Shown piece after piece: positions 7,091 through 15,470 of a DNA stretch of 64,000 bases. Where the stretch lies: assembly GCA_016187225.1 (NCBI GenBank), contig JACPKC010000010.1:3541-67540 (forward strand), given 5' to 3'. The position numbers were made by a program, and so were the translations under genes. The DNA is from Candidatus Berkelbacteria bacterium (GTDB taxonomy: Bacteria; Patescibacteriota; UBA1384; JACPKC01). The stretch's first letter is position 1; each line of letters opens with the position of its first letter. The notes beneath the pieces are model-generated. The model saw only the letters and a list, made by a program, of their open reading frames with translations. It searched no databases and had not been told where the DNA came from.

Positions 7091-8616
7091 TTGCCATTCA
7101 AACAATCACCGAAGCCTCTAAGCTTCTCGAAGAAGGAAAAATCTCGTCGCGCGAATTCACTGAAGAACACCTCGAGCGTATTCGCGAACGCGATGAGAGC
7201 ATTCATGCCTATTTAACCGTTGATCGGGCAGGGGCGTTGGAGGCGGCCAGCAAATCCGATGAGCGGCGAGCCGAGGGTAAGAGCTTGGGGCCGCTCGATG
7301 GCATCCCGATCTCGATTAAAGACGTGATCGTCACCGAAGGGATCGAGACGAGGGCCGCCTCAAAGATGTTGGCGGGGTTTGTGCCGCCCTATGACGCGAC
7401 AGTGGTCGCGCGTCTCAAGGCGGCTGGCGCGGTCATTTTAGGCAAGGTCAACTGCGACGCCTGGGCGCACGGCTCAAGCACTGAAAATTCCGATTTCGGG
7501 CCGAGCAAAAATCCTTGGGATTTGGGTCGGGTGCCGGGCGGCTCCTCGGGTGGTTCGGCTGCGGCCGTGGCCGCGGGGCTGGGCTTGGCCTCGATTGGCA
7601 CCGATACCGGCGGCTCGATCCGCCAACCAGCGGCGCTCTGCGGTGTGACCGGCTTAAAGCCAACGTACGGCCGGTTGAGCCGTTATGGTCTCATCGCGAT
7701 GGCCAGCTCGCTTGATTGCCCCGGGCCACTGGCGCGAAGCGCCGAAGACTGCGCGTTGTTATTTGAAGTCATGGCTGGCCGCGATCTGTTGGATTCCACG
7801 AGTTTGCCCACCTCACCCCTTACCCCTTACGCCTCATCACCTGATCGGCCTTTGGCCGAGTTAAAAATCGGCTTGCCCAAAGAATACTTTGCCGAAGGTC
7901 TTGATTCGCAAGTCGGGGCGGCCGTTAATCAAGCCGTGAAAACGCTCGAAAAGTTGGGTGCCACGATCATTGATGTCAGCTTGCCCCTGACGCCTTACGC
8001 CTTACCCGCTTACTATGTGATTATGCCAGCCGAGGTTTCAAGTAACCTCGCTCGCTACGATGGCTTGCGCTATGGCTATAGTGAAATCCGAAATCCGAAA
8101 TCCGAAATCCGAAACGCCAATGAATTGATTATTAAAAATAGAAGCCTTGGCTTTGGCGCCGAGGCGAAGCGGCGGATTATGATGGGCACTTACGTGCTCT
8201 CTTCTGGCTACTACGACGCTTACTACAAAAAAGCGATGCAAGTTCGCACGCTGATCGTCGAGGATTTTCACCAAGTCTTTGATCAAGTCGACGTTTTGGC
8301 CACGCCAACCAGCCCGATTCCAGCCTGGAAGTTAGGCGAGAAGGTGAACGATCCATTGCAAATGTACCTGGCGGATATCTACACCGTCTCGGCCAATCTG
8401 GCCGGCATTCCCGGCATCTCAATTCCTTGCGGCTTTGTCACATCGTCATCCTTGACCGGAAGCGATAGCGTTCCGGATCGAGGATCTCAACCCCTTCCAA
8501 TTGGCCTTCAACTTCTGGGCAATCAACTAGATGAAGAAAAAATCTTGCGCGTCGCCATTGCCTATCAGCGCGCAACCGATTGGCATTTATATGAACCGAA
8601 ATTCGAAAATTTCTAA
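7084..8616 (+). CDS. gatA: Glutamyl-tRNA(Gln) amidotransferase subunit A (amidase family)
   Basis: The amidase signature GGSSGGSAAAVAAG, the Ser-cisSer-Lys triad context and the 510-aa length fit GatA. It contains low-complexity insertions. Confidence 0.9.
   Translation: MNLAIQTITEASKLLEEGKISSREFTEEHLERIRERDESIHAYLTVDRAGALEAASKSDERRAEGKSLGPLDGIPISIKDVIVTEGIETRAASKMLAGFVPPYDATVVARLKAAGAVILGKVNCDAWAHGSSTENSDFGPSKNPWDLGRVPGGSSGGSAAAVAAGLGLASIGTDTGGSIRQPAALCGVTGLKPTYGRLSRYGLIAMASSLDCPGPLARSAEDCALLFEVMAGRDLLDSTSLPTSPLTPYASSPDRPLAELKIGLPKEYFAEGLDSQVGAAVNQAVKTLEKLGATIIDVSLPLTPYALPAYYVIMPAEVSSNLARYDGLRYGYSEIRNPKSEIRNANELIIKNRSLGFGAEAKRRIMMGTYVLSSGYYDAYYKKAMQVRTLIVEDFHQVFDQVDVLATPTSPIPAWKLGEKVNDPLQMYLADIYTVSANLAGIPGISIPCGFVTSSSLTGSDSVPDRGSQPLPIGLQLLGNQLDEEKILRVAIAYQRATDWHLYEPKFENF
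8083..8115. repeat. Heptanucleotide microsatellite (GAAATCC) of about 4.7 copies inside the gatA CDS
   Basis: The sequence gaaatccgaaatccgaaatccgaaatccgaaac encodes SEIRNPKSEIRN. The unit length is not a multiple of 3. Confidence 0.9.
8533..8586. repeat. Direct repeat copy 1: the native gatA 3' end
   Basis: About 54 bp, gaagaaaaaatcttgcgcgtcgccattgcctatcagcgcgcaaccgattggcat, recurs at 9487-9540 with about 89% identity. Confidence 0.8.
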
Positions 8617-8785
8617 TGAACTTGTTGCATAATTCACTTTTTTGTTATTGCGAGCTACGCGAAGCAATCCCGCCATGGCGGGAGACCGTGGCGATGACAA
8701 ATTTAATTATGAAATGACTTCACTGTGCTATGATTGGAACCTCCTGGGAATAGACCTCCTGAAACACTTTTGATATCGTCAATTT

Positions 8786-9004
8786 ATGCCAACGCCAAAT
8801 TATCGGATCAACGTGTTGCTATCGAAGGATGCGCGAGCAGTGCTCGTGCGATCTGCAAAACGCGATCGAATTCCCACTGCCACTAAAGCCGCGCAACTAC
8901 TTGAACTAGCGTTGGATATTGAAGAGGATGCACTCTTTGATCTAGTTGCGTCCAACCGAGATTCCAAGGCTGTTCGATATTTACGTCATACCGAAGCATG
9001 GTAA
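8786..9004 (+). CDS. Type II antitoxin, ribbon-helix-helix (CopG/RelB/ParD-like)
   Basis: 72 aa. The N-terminal beta-strand RINVLLSKDARAVL followed by helices is typical of RHH antitoxins. A RelE/ParE toxin lies downstream. Confidence 0.6.
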   Translation: MPTPNYRINVLLSKDARAVLVRSAKRDRIPTATKAAQLLELALDIEEDALFDLVASNRDSKAVRYLRHTEAW

Positions 9005-9007
9005 CTA

Positions 9008-9168
9008 TGAACTCATTGCATAATTATGTTGGTAGCTACAACGGTTTCGTGCGGGTTGCACACCGAAAACGGCTCGTCACCGATACGGCAGCATCGTCTC
9101 CTCACCGTTTCCAGCGTTCGCACCGCCCGAATCTATCTCGCTCCTAAAAGAATTATGCAATGAGTTCA
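9008..9168. repeat. 161-bp element bounded by perfect 18-bp inverted repeats (tgaactcattgcataatt / aattatgcaatgagttca), lying between the antitoxin and toxin genes
   Basis: The arms are at 9008-9025 and 9151-9168. A third arm-like copy, tgaacttgttgcataatt, sits at 8617-8634 directly after the gatA stop codon. The internal sequence has further hairpin potential. Confidence 0.75.
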
Positions 9169-9441
9169 ATGTACGACTTGCGCTACCACCCTGACGTGGT
9201 GCGAATCGACATCCCGAAAATTTCAAGTACTTGGCGAGTAAAAATTTGCAAAGCCATTGAACAGCGCTTGGCTACTGAACCAGCACTTTATGGCAAACCA
9301 TTACGGCGATCATTAAAGGGTTATCGAAAACTCCGCGTTAGCGACTATCGTATTGTTTTTCGCATTGAAGGTCGAGTTGTTAAAATTCTAATGATTGCTC
9401 ACAGATCAACTGTCTATGAAGTAATTAAAAAACGGACATAG
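9160..9441 (+). CDS. RelE/ParE-family type II toxin
   Basis: 93 aa. The segment RVSDYRIVFRIEGRVVKILMIAHRSTVY matches the RelE/ParE core. The first ATG lies inside the right IR arm. An alternative start exists at 9169. Confidence 0.7.
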   Translation: MSSMYDLRYHPDVVRIDIPKISSTWRVKICKAIEQRLATEPALYGKPLRRSLKGYRKLRVSDYRIVFRIEGRVVKILMIAHRSTVYEVIKKRT

Positions 9442-9486
9442 GAAACGACAACACCGACGAGGTGGAAGACACGAGGTGTTGCCAAG

Positions 9487-9540
9487 AAGAAAAAATTTTA
9501 CGCGGCGCCATTGCCTATCAGCGCGAAAGCGATTGGCATC
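9487..9540. repeat. Direct repeat copy 2: a degenerate displaced copy of the gatA 3' end
   Basis: The sequence gaagaaaaaattttacgcggcgccattgcctatcagcgcgaaagcgattggcat has about 6 mismatches to 8533-8586. It would encode ...ILRGAIAYQREAIGI followed by a stop. Confidence 0.8.
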
Positions 9541-9612
9541 TAGAATCAGTTCCATATTAACTTGACGCCCACGGAATATGTATCTACATTTTGGTAGACA
9601 CAAAGGAACTAA

Positions 9613-9870
9613 ATGAAGACAAAAATTCAAAAATGGGGCAACAGTTACGCCGTTCGTCTGCCAAAAAAAATCGTCGTCAAGTTGAGCCTCAAGCTTGGCA
9701 GTCCGGTGATGATTGAAGAAGATCGGGGGCAACTGATCGTTAAAAAAGCTCCTCAAGAAAAAGCAGTCACCCACCAAGATTGGGAACAATTCTTGATCCC
9801 AACTGGCAGGAAAAAGAAGAGAAACGTAAGCGATCGTGTCGATGAAATCGTATATGGCGTATCTCGTTGA
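9613..9870 (+). CDS. AbrB/MazE/SpoVT-family small DNA-binding protein (antitoxin-like)
   Basis: The segment IQKWGNSYAVRLPKKIVVKL is the swapped-hairpin AbrB/MazE signature. Its stop codon overlaps the TTG start of the following large ORF. Confidence 0.7.
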   Translation: MKTKIQKWGNSYAVRLPKKIVVKLSLKLGSPVMIEEDRGQLIVKKAPQEKAVTHQDWEQFLIPTGRKKKRNVSDRVDEIVYGVSR

Positions 9871-9944
9871 TAGTTCGGTTTGGATTGCACTATATTTCAA
9901 AAACGATCCGCACTAAGCTTTATAAATACATTGAAGCTATTATT

Positions 9945-12863
9945 ATGTCGAAAGAAATATTTCGTCCAAAAGAGCCAGAAGAACTACAAGAGCAGTTAGG
10001 AAATGCTGAAGCCCAATATGGGGTTCCTCTCTATTCTAGCGAGGCTGAACGAGATCGTATGTTGCGCGCAACGGCTCAAGAGTTAGCAGAAGTGTATCCA
10101 TTAAAGTATCGAGCGTATAAAGCTTCACTTCTAGCCACTCGACGTAACACCGAACCGCCTCTAGAAGTTAGTAGATGGATTGGAGCAATTAATAAAATTG
10201 AACGCTACATTGCCAAATTAGACACCGAATCCAATCTAAAACTACGCGAACATCAACAAGCAGTTTTTGATGATCTCCTTGATTTTTTTGAGGCCGGTTA
10301 TCATTCTGGGTATATCAAACTACCAACCGGCGCGGGCAAGACGGCCATCTTTCTTAAGCTTGCGGAAGTAACAGGGTTAAGAACTTTAATCCTTGTCCCC
10401 TCCGTAGCCCTCGTTGAACAAACCATTGAGAAAATTCAAGAATACCAACTTGGTCTCAATGCTTCTGCGTATTATAGCCACGGAAAAAATTTGTCTGGTC
10501 AAATCGTTGTCTGCACTTACCAGAGTTTTGAGAAGTTTTTGCGTGAAAGCAATGCGCAGAATCAAAAATACGAGCTGATTGTCACTGATGAAGCTCACCG
10601 ATCTCTAACAGACGCAAGGAAAAAGGCCGTCAAAGAACTGACCGACGATAGTGTTGTGATCGCTCTAACGGCAACACCCGATTTCAATGAAAAAAAAACT
10701 GTCCGTAACTCCTATGGAACTTTGATTCACGAAATGACAATCAATGAGGCAATTCTAAGCGGGATTCTTTCAGGCGTTAGATGCGTTTACCTCAAGACCA
10801 AGGTCGATCTTAGCAAAATGCCCGCCACCCCGTCTGGCGACTATCGGGAAGATGAACTCGAGAAAATATTGAACATCACTGCAAGAAACAAGGCCGCTCT
10901 TTCTTTTATCGATCAGCAGGCGTTTCGTGATCAACGAGGGCAACTTAAGCGCACGGTTACTTTTTGCATTTCGATTAATCATGCCGAGAGAATTGCTCAA
11001 ATGGCTCAAGAACGCGGAATTGCGGCCGAAGCAATCCATAGTGAACAAACTCATGAAGAACGCAGCGCGATTCTTAAGCGCTACAGCAACGGTCAGACTC
11101 GCTTACTGGCTACGGTGACAGCGCTCGCCGAGGGGTGGGATGAACCCAAGACGGAGATTATTTTAAACCTCCGTCCGACTCTCTCGGCAGTCTTAGCTGA
11201 ACAACGATTGGGCCGGGGACTTAGAACTAGCCCAGGCAAGCGTGGCGCAATCGTAATCGACGTTTTAGATTTTGACGAAAGTCAAGATTCTCACAGTGCA
11301 GGCAGGCCAATCACCGCGCCTCACATTTTACATGGTAATGTGGTATTTCCACCTGGTTTAGACGATGGCCTATCTGGTCCTGGCGGCACACTGATTCGTA
11401 ATGATTTACCAGACATGGAAGGTGTTGAGGCAATTGTGGGGGAAAGAGACGTATACCAACTTTTTGAACGCCTCCAGGGTTCAGACGCGACCACTGCAGG
11501 TGAGAAAATTTTAAAGACCTTGGAAGATGTTAGGTCGATATTTACTCAAGCTGGTTATAGTAGCGATGATGCTCTAAGAAGACTTGCGGCGCTTTCAAAA
11601 GAAAATTTTTTAAAAACAAATTTTACTTCAAACCGCTTTCAGGGCACGGGACGGAGTCTTCTGCGCCGATATTTTATGGATATACTTGGCAAAACTCCTC
11701 CTTCGCAAATTTTATCGCCTGATCTTCAAGATTTCTTCAAAAATGTTCTTGGGGAACTTCGTAAACATGGTCGCATCTTGAATACGCCTAAGCCTGCGCT
11801 TCTCATACTTTTACGGCGTGCCGCCGGTCAGCCAGTATTCGAGGAAGCGCTCAAGATTCATGCGAATATTGCCCAGTCGAATCAGCAACCGGAACTTGCG
11901 ACACTAGATGAGTTTATGCAAGCTTACGATTTGCCTAAACCAGAAAAGGGTTATACAAGATCAGACTTTTTGCAATTTTTAAAAAATTTCATAAGAGATG
12001 ACGCAAGAAGCGATGGCGAATCGCCCAAAAGAAATCGTAAATTGCTCGATCAAAACCACCGAATCACTATACAGAGACTTATAGATGATCTTACCGCCGA
12101 GGAGAAACAGTCGAAATTGCAAGTAGATGTCTGCCAGATAATACGAGAACATCCATATCTCTTCGGAATGACTCTTGAAGAACTAAAACAATCTGACGCG
12201 CGAGCCAAAGATGGGGCGTTTTCAGTCGGATCACTGCTGAATACTCTCAAGATAAAAAATGATACAGAATTAAGGTCTCTCCTGCGCGTTGGTTTTGATG
12301 CTATAGAAATCAGTCAATTGCGAGATAGAGCCAGAGAATCACTCAAGTTAGATTTTGAAAAGAAAAAATTTTCGCGTTTTATTACGCCAGAACGTTTTTC
12401 GCAGTTAACTTTTTTGCTTTTTGGTCAAGAACTCCCTGGCGAGTCTATCTATACATTCTTTGGGTTACCACGCAACCCAAGTCGTGAACAGTTTATTTCT
12501 CTAATCGATAGCATTATGGATGAGGTCTTTGCTAAACCGTTTTCACCCATGGATCCAGAGATCGTCATTCCTGCTATTAAAGATTCTCTAGGTCAGCAAG
12601 CAGTTTGGCCAAGATTTGAAGATTTGGGGAACGTGCGTTTACGTTCAGGATCAATTGATCCGAATGATGCGTCTTTGCGCACACTCTATGATCTCGTCGA
12701 TCGGTGGAATCTAGCTAGAACGGGCCAGGTAATAGAGCTTACGCGGGATGACTATGAACGATTTAAACGCGTATTCAAAACAGCATTGCCTAGCTTAGGT
12801 GATAAGAAAACTGCTATGGCTGATTTGCTTCGAGCGAGAATGAAGCATAGAGAAGGAAAATGA
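9945..12863 (+). CDS. Superfamily-2 helicase (ResIII / DEAH-type) with a C-terminal domain of about 500 aa of unknown function
   Basis: The helicase motifs are present: motif I LPTGAGKT, motif II TDEAHRS, motif III LTATP and motif VI QRLGRGLR. The ORF track starts at a TTG at 9867. The ATG at 9945 (MSKEIFRPK) is the more likely start. The C-terminal half is helical with no recognisable motif. Confidence 0.7.
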   Translation: MSKEIFRPKEPEELQEQLGNAEAQYGVPLYSSEAERDRMLRATAQELAEVYPLKYRAYKASLLATRRNTEPPLEVSRWIGAINKIERYIAKLDTESNLKLREHQQAVFDDLLDFFEAGYHSGYIKLPTGAGKTAIFLKLAEVTGLRTLILVPSVALVEQTIEKIQEYQLGLNASAYYSHGKNLSGQIVVCTYQSFEKFLRESNAQNQKYELIVTDEAHRSLTDARKKAVKELTDDSVVIALTATPDFNEKKTVRNSYGTLIHEMTINEAILSGILSGVRCVYLKTKVDLSKMPATPSGDYREDELEKILNITARNKAALSFIDQQAFRDQRGQLKRTVTFCISINHAERIAQMAQERGIAAEAIHSEQTHEERSAILKRYSNGQTRLLATVTALAEGWDEPKTEIILNLRPTLSAVLAEQRLGRGLRTSPGKRGAIVIDVLDFDESQDSHSAGRPITAPHILHGNVVFPPGLDDGLSGPGGTLIRNDLPDMEGVEAIVGERDVYQLFERLQGSDATTAGEKILKTLEDVRSIFTQAGYSSDDALRRLAALSKENFLKTNFTSNRFQGTGRSLLRRYFMDILGKTPPSQILSPDLQDFFKNVLGELRKHGRILNTPKPALLILLRRAAGQPVFEEALKIHANIAQSNQQPELATLDEFMQAYDLPKPEKGYTRSDFLQFLKNFIRDDARSDGESPKRNRKLLDQNHRITIQRLIDDLTAEEKQSKLQVDVCQIIREHPYLFGMTLEELKQSDARAKDGAFSVGSLLNTLKIKNDTELRSLLRVGFDAIEISQLRDRARESLKLDFEKKKFSRFITPERFSQLTFLLFGQELPGESIYTFFGLPRNPSREQFISLIDSIMDEVFAKPFSPMDPEIVIPAIKDSLGQQAVWPRFEDLGNVRLRSGSIDPNDASLRTLYDLVDRWNLARTGQVIELTRDDYERFKRVFKTALPSLGDKKTAMADLLRARMKHREGK

Positions 12864-12878
12864 AAGCAATCTTGAACG

Positions 12879-13322
12879 ATGTCTCTTTACCATAAAAAAC
12901 AAGCCGAGCCTTCAATGATCGGCAATATCTTTATTCAACTCGGGCGGGCTCTAGCTGGCTTGTGGCGGTTGATTTTTGGCTCAAAAGCAAAAAAACTCGA
13001 TGCGGCGAGGATGCTCGCCCAATTTGCCGAGATTGAGCGTCTGCTCGATTCGGGCGACTCAATCCACGCCTCGCAGGCGATCGTCCGGGCCGATAGTTTT
13101 TTAGATGCGGTGATGCGCCAAGTCGGCGGGCAAGGCAGTTCATTTGGCGAACGAGTCAGAAGCCTTGAAGCGCGTTTTGAGCGAAGCCTCTATCAGCAAA
13201 TCTGGGAGGCCCACAAGCTGCGCAACTTAATCGCCCATGAACATCCGCAGATTACTGTCGGTCAGGCACGATCAGTGTTACAGACATTTAGAAAAGCAGC
13301 TTCTGTTTTAGGAGCGTTCTAA
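12879..13322 (+). CDS. Hypothetical protein with a HEPN-like Rx4H motif
   Basis: 147 aa. KLRNLIAHEH fits the HEPN R-x4-6-H signature near the C-terminus. There is an N-terminal hydrophobic segment. Confidence 0.4.
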   Translation: MSLYHKKQAEPSMIGNIFIQLGRALAGLWRLIFGSKAKKLDAARMLAQFAEIERLLDSGDSIHASQAIVRADSFLDAVMRQVGGQGSSFGERVRSLEARFERSLYQQIWEAHKLRNLIAHEHPQITVGQARSVLQTFRKAASVLGAF

Positions 13323-13723
13323 TGATGAGTAGCGAAGTAGTAAGTAGCGAAGTAGCAAAGTTTGTTCGAACCGATGGCTTCGAGAGTTTGGTACTTTGGC
13401 AAAAGGCGATGGACCTTGTGACGGAAATTTATCGGTTCAGTGAACACTTTCCAAAAACAGAAGTCTATGGATTGACATCGCAACTACGAAGAGCAGCCAG
13501 TTCAATCCCGGCCAATGTTGCTGAAGGGTACGGTCGGTCATCAATCAAGGAAGAGCAACGCTTTCTTTCGATTGCCTATGGCTCACTCATGGAAGTTGAG
13601 ACCTTCTTAATTTTGGCTCAAAGGCTGGGCTATCTAAACGATCACCAATTTGTCCAACTAAATACGCTTCGTGGAGACGTCGGTAGCTTATTGATTGGTT
13701 ATAGAAGGAGTAAGCAGGAGTAG
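13322..13723 (+). CDS. Four-helix-bundle protein (23S rRNA intervening-sequence protein family, PF05635/TIGR02436-like)
   Basis: The segment LWQKAMDLVTEIYRFSEHFPKTEVYGLTSQLRRAASSIPANVAEGYGR is the family signature. The N-terminus carries a 15-bp tandem duplication at 13329-13358. Confidence 0.7.
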   Translation: MMSSEVVSSEVAKFVRTDGFESLVLWQKAMDLVTEIYRFSEHFPKTEVYGLTSQLRRAASSIPANVAEGYGRSSIKEEQRFLSIAYGSLMEVETFLILAQRLGYLNDHQFVQLNTLRGDVGSLLIGYRRSKQE

Positions 13724-13748
13724 CCTTTGCTACCTGCTACATTGCTAC

Positions 13749-15209
13749 ATGGCTACTATTCAATACGAAGTCACCATTGGCATGGAAATTCATGCCGAGT
13801 TGGCGACCAAGACTAAGATGTTTTGTGGTTGCCTGAACGCGCCGTTTGATTCGCCAGCTGGCGGAGGGCCTAACGCCAATGTCTGCCCAGTCTGTTTGGC
13901 GTTGCCCGGATCATTGCCGGTGATGAACCGACAGGCGATTGAGTGGGCGGTCGATCTTGGTTTTGATCTCGGATCAAAGATCGCCGAATTCACCAAGTGG
14001 GATCGAAAAAATTACTTCTATCCCGATCTGCCGAAAGGCTACCAAATTAGTCAATATGATTTGCCGCTTTTGACCGGCGGGGCGATCGAATTTAAGCTGG
14101 ACAACGAGATCAGAAAAATAAATTTAACCCGAGTCCATTTGGAGGAAGATACTGGCAAATTAGTCCATTCATCGTCGGGTCGCGAGTCGCTGGTCGATTT
14201 CAATCGAGCGGGGGTGCCGCTCTTAGAGTTGGTGACGGAGCCAGAACTTCATTCGGCCGAGGAGGCGAAGAAGCTTTGCCAGACCTATCAATTTATTCTC
14301 CAGCGGCGGGGCATTGCCCGGGCCGATATGGAAAAAGGGGAGATGAGGTGCGAGGCGAATATCTCAATAAGTCAAAAATCAAAAGTCAAAAGTCAAAAAT
14401 TAGGCACCAAGGTCGAAGTAAAAAATCTTAATAGCTTCCGGGCGGTGGAGCGGGCGATTAAGTATGAGGTCGAGAGGCAGATTGAGACCCTTGATGCGGG
14501 TGGGCAGGTTGAGCAAGAGACGCGGGGTTGGGACGACGCCAAACAGCAAACTTATGTTCAACGCAAAAAAGAGACGGCGGCCGACTATCGCTATTTTCCT
14601 GAACCAGACCTGCCGCCGGTGACGCCGGCAAATCTTTGGGATTTAGTTGCCAAAGAGCGCGATGCTTTGCCCTATCCGCATGAAGAGGCGGCCGAGGTGA
14701 TTCATGAATTTGGCTTGCCAGCCGAGGTGGCGGAATTGTTTACGACCAACGCCGAAGCCTTTGCTTATTGGGCGGAGTTGCGCGAGGAGTTGGCCGAACC
14801 GACGACCGAGCAGTTAAAACAACTCCAACTCGCCGCCTCGGTTTATGCCAATCTTGACCTTGCCCGCCAGCTTAATCCCACCCAACTGGTCGAATTGGCC
14901 GGGTTGGTGGTAGTCGGCGCCATTTCTCAATCACAAATCCGCGAGGTAGTGGCGGTTGTTATTGAGCGTGGTCTTGAGCCATCTGAAGTGGTCGATCAAT
15001 TAGGGTTAAAACAAATCAGCGATCAAGGCGAAGTCGAAGCCATTGTCGATCAGGTGCTAGGCGAGCAGTCGGAGGTGGTCGCCAAATACCGCTCGGGCAA
15101 GTCTGAAGTCTACGGCTTTCTCTTTGGCCAAGTGATGCGAGTGTCTAGAGGCAAGGCGAATCCGGCTATCATCGGCGAAATTTTAAAAAGGATGCTAAAG
15201 GAGGGATGA
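13749..15209 (+). CDS. gatB: Asp/Glu-tRNA amidotransferase subunit B
   Basis: MATIQYEVTIGMEIHAELATKTKMFCGC and the PEPDLPP motif are classic GatB. The ORF track includes an upstream extension from 13695. The gene is separated from gatA by about 5 kb. Confidence 0.9.
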   Translation: MATIQYEVTIGMEIHAELATKTKMFCGCLNAPFDSPAGGGPNANVCPVCLALPGSLPVMNRQAIEWAVDLGFDLGSKIAEFTKWDRKNYFYPDLPKGYQISQYDLPLLTGGAIEFKLDNEIRKINLTRVHLEEDTGKLVHSSSGRESLVDFNRAGVPLLELVTEPELHSAEEAKKLCQTYQFILQRRGIARADMEKGEMRCEANISISQKSKVKSQKLGTKVEVKNLNSFRAVERAIKYEVERQIETLDAGGQVEQETRGWDDAKQQTYVQRKKETAADYRYFPEPDLPPVTPANLWDLVAKERDALPYPHEEAAEVIHEFGLPAEVAELFTTNAEAFAYWAELREELAEPTTEQLKQLQLAASVYANLDLARQLNPTQLVELAGLVVVGAISQSQIREVVAVVIERGLEPSEVVDQLGLKQISDQGEVEAIVDQVLGEQSEVVAKYRSGKSEVYGFLFGQVMRVSRGKANPAIIGEILKRMLKEG

Positions 15210-15436
15210 TGTCAAAAGAATATCTGGGGAAGATTATTGAGTTAGTCACCGCCGCCTTTGGCTTGGTAGCGGCATTGGCTTGGAATGCGGCCATCCAAGA
15301 ATTGATTGAACGATTTTATCAGGCTGGCGATACCCTGACGGGCAAATTTATCTATGCCTTAGTAATTACTTTGTTCGCCGTGCTTATCACCATGGTGCTT
15401 GCTCGCATGCACGATCGAATCGGCAAGAAAAAGTAA
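15206..15436 (+). CDS. Small membrane protein (hypothetical, two TM helices)
   Basis: 76 aa with two hydrophobic helices. It overlaps the gatB stop codon. Confidence 0.45.
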   Translation: MMSKEYLGKIIELVTAAFGLVAALAWNAAIQELIERFYQAGDTLTGKFIYALVITLFAVLITMVLARMHDRIGKKK

Positions 15437-15470
15437 TAATTTGCTATACTTAGATGGTAAAGGAGGCTGT

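Noticed and set aside
7389-7715. Pro/Arg-rich ORFs on both strands within gatA
   Set aside because: These are alternative-frame artefacts of the GC-rich GatA amidase-signature region.
9406-9900. 164-aa minus-strand ORF
   Set aside because: It lies antisense to the well-supported AbrB/MazE-like gene and to the intergenic duplicated gatA fragment. The product is low-complexity with no motif.
13695-13748. N-terminal extension of gatB offered by the ORF track, and similar extensions for htrA at 15399, mraZ at 60727 and the GATase gene at 53155
   Set aside because: The extensions overlap upstream genes or lack homology. Conserved N-termini and RBS positions support the internal starts given in the features.
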